64,000 bases of DNA from Batkoa obscura (Eukaryota): assembly GCA_030770535.1 (NCBI GenBank), contig JASVEC010000001.1, positions 868,001-932,000 of the forward strand, written 5' to 3'. The notes below the pieces were generated by a model. The model made no database searches. It saw only the letters and a program-made list of their open reading frames with translations, and was not told where the DNA came from. Made by a program: the position numbers and the translations under genes. Position 1 is the stretch's first letter, and every line of letters starts with the position of its first letter. Positions 62,528-64,000 of the stretch are shown piece after piece.

Positions 62528-62620
62528 GGTGGTGTTTTGGCTTCATCACTTTCTCCCTTTTAAGCACTATTTGAGCGGAAAAATTGTTAGTAAAATTCTT
62601 AAACACAAAAATACATCCCC
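62528..62620. mobile_element. MITE family A, copy 16
   Basis: GGTGGTGT...ACATCCCC, TSD ATTT/ATTT. Confidence 0.82.
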
Positions 62621-63024
62621 ATTTATTTTTGATGAAAAATAGCTTGGAAACTATAGCCTCTCTTTTACATCGTTTATAAGAGTATTTTTAGCTCTTTTAA
62701 TCTAGTAAACGATCCTTCTACCTTTGTTATCTGATATGGTATTAACCGATTACTATCATCTCATCTCTCGAGAATTCCTTTATCAAAAATAAGAATTCCA
62801 TTACTGATTCGTTTGTTTTAAGATCTTAAGCCAAAGCTTTTTTTCAAAATTTTCGTTTTAAGCTAAGTGATTGTAAAAATACAAGTTGCTTGAGATGAAT
62901 TATATTGCTTCAAATCGTTTTGATAGTTTGTTATTTATTATGCGGGGAAACTTAAAAACCAAGTTAAATTATAATTTTTTCCAACATAGTTTAAATTACA
63001 TTTACAAGTGCCATATACACCTTC

Positions 63025-63306
63025 TTTATCAAGTTTTTATAAGCTAACCCATTGCATTATATAAACAATTGAAGCAAATAGCTTAGCAAAGTGTACATAT
63101 ATTATTAAAAAATAAAGTAAACTTCTAAAAATTTTGAACAAAAAATTTCAGAGCGCCCTCAACAAATAATAATTTCAACATTTTTTTAAATAAAAGTAGT
63201 TTTTTTGATGAAGTTTTTTTTAAAATAGCATATGTTACACTTTGTTAAGCTATTTGCTTCAATTGTTTATATAACGCCATAGACTAACTTATAAAAACTT
63301 AATAAA
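63025..63306. repeat. Foldback element with ~70-bp imperfect inverted arms
   Basis: AAGTTTTTATAAG..TTATATAAACAATTGAAGCAAATAGCTTAGCAAAGTGTA / TACACTTTGTTAAGCTATTTGCTTCAATTGTTTATATAA..CTTATAAAAACTT. Confidence 0.75.
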
Positions 63307-64000
63307 AATTTCATTTAATTAAAAATTTTAAAAAAAGCAGTTATTTATTTTATAGTGCTTAATTACAACTTTTACAGTAAACTAAAATCGAAAAAAAATT
63401 CTTTACTTTAAACTATATAAAGGAGCATTTTCTATTCACTTTCCAGTTTTTCTACTACTTTTTGGTTTTGGATCAACCTATCTTTTAGACCCTTGGACCT
63501 AAATAGCTAGGTTGATTCACTTTTTTGAATATAGCTGTTGCAGCTCTTTTGCGACTTAACTAACAGCATATTTGAGAAAAAATACAAGGCAAAATTGGCC
63601 AAATATTTTGTTCAGATTTAAAAAACTCACTGTAATTAATCTACAAAAACTAGCAAAAAAGTTATAAAAGATTTTGAATCTAAATTAGTTTTGTTTATAT
63701 AATATGCTTTGAATTTAAGTACAAATAACTGCTTTTGGATTGCTATAATGTAAAAATTATTTTAACATGTTATAAGGATATAATCTTATGATTCAGTTTA
63801 TTAGTAAACACATTATATCTTATATTCATTATCGTTAGATACGATGCCCTCAAATTATAGTGCAACTCTTTATACTGGAGCTAAAATGCCATTTCTCAGT
63901 TTAAGAACGTATAGACCAGTAAAATAAGCAGCAAAAGCAGTCAAAATTACCTTGAATTTAGGATATCGCTACATTGATATGACCAGGATTTATCAAAATG

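Overview
Very AT-rich eukaryotic DNA with many short GT-AG introns. The gene content points to an early-diverging fungus (Zoopagomycota/Entomophthoromycotina-like; inference). Bases 1-34 kb are gene-dense: CBP3, UBP15/USP7, tRNA-Gly(TCC), an intronless fatty acyl-CoA reductase::acyltransferase (FARAT-like) fusion, an NTF2-RRM protein, DPS1, calcipressin, an S28 peptidase, SRP9, an LRRC58-like protein, MRF1, a metalloprotease-jacalin protein, a COX7C-family gene and a fungal TF-like gene. Bases 34-40 kb are a gene-free block of MITEs and solo LTRs. Bases about 41.4-60.9 kb are an old inverted segmental duplication (VMA6 - gene X - NUDT19 - CAC1) with reciprocal gene loss: the left arm keeps CAC1 and has a NUDT19 pseudogene, and the right arm keeps NUDT19 and has a CAC1 pseudogene. 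Despite this divergence, the block holds three nested inverted repeats that are identical by eye: the whole VMA6 gene including introns (1357 bp), a 527-bp non-coding tract, and a 467-bp solo LTR pair around a 908-bp AT-rich core. This suggests active arm-to-arm gene conversion or an invertible (flip-flop or centromere-like) locus, unless it is an assembly artefact. Sixteen copies of a ~100-bp MITE, most with 4-bp AWWT-type TSDs (Sola-like), are spread across the window. All alignments were done by eye.
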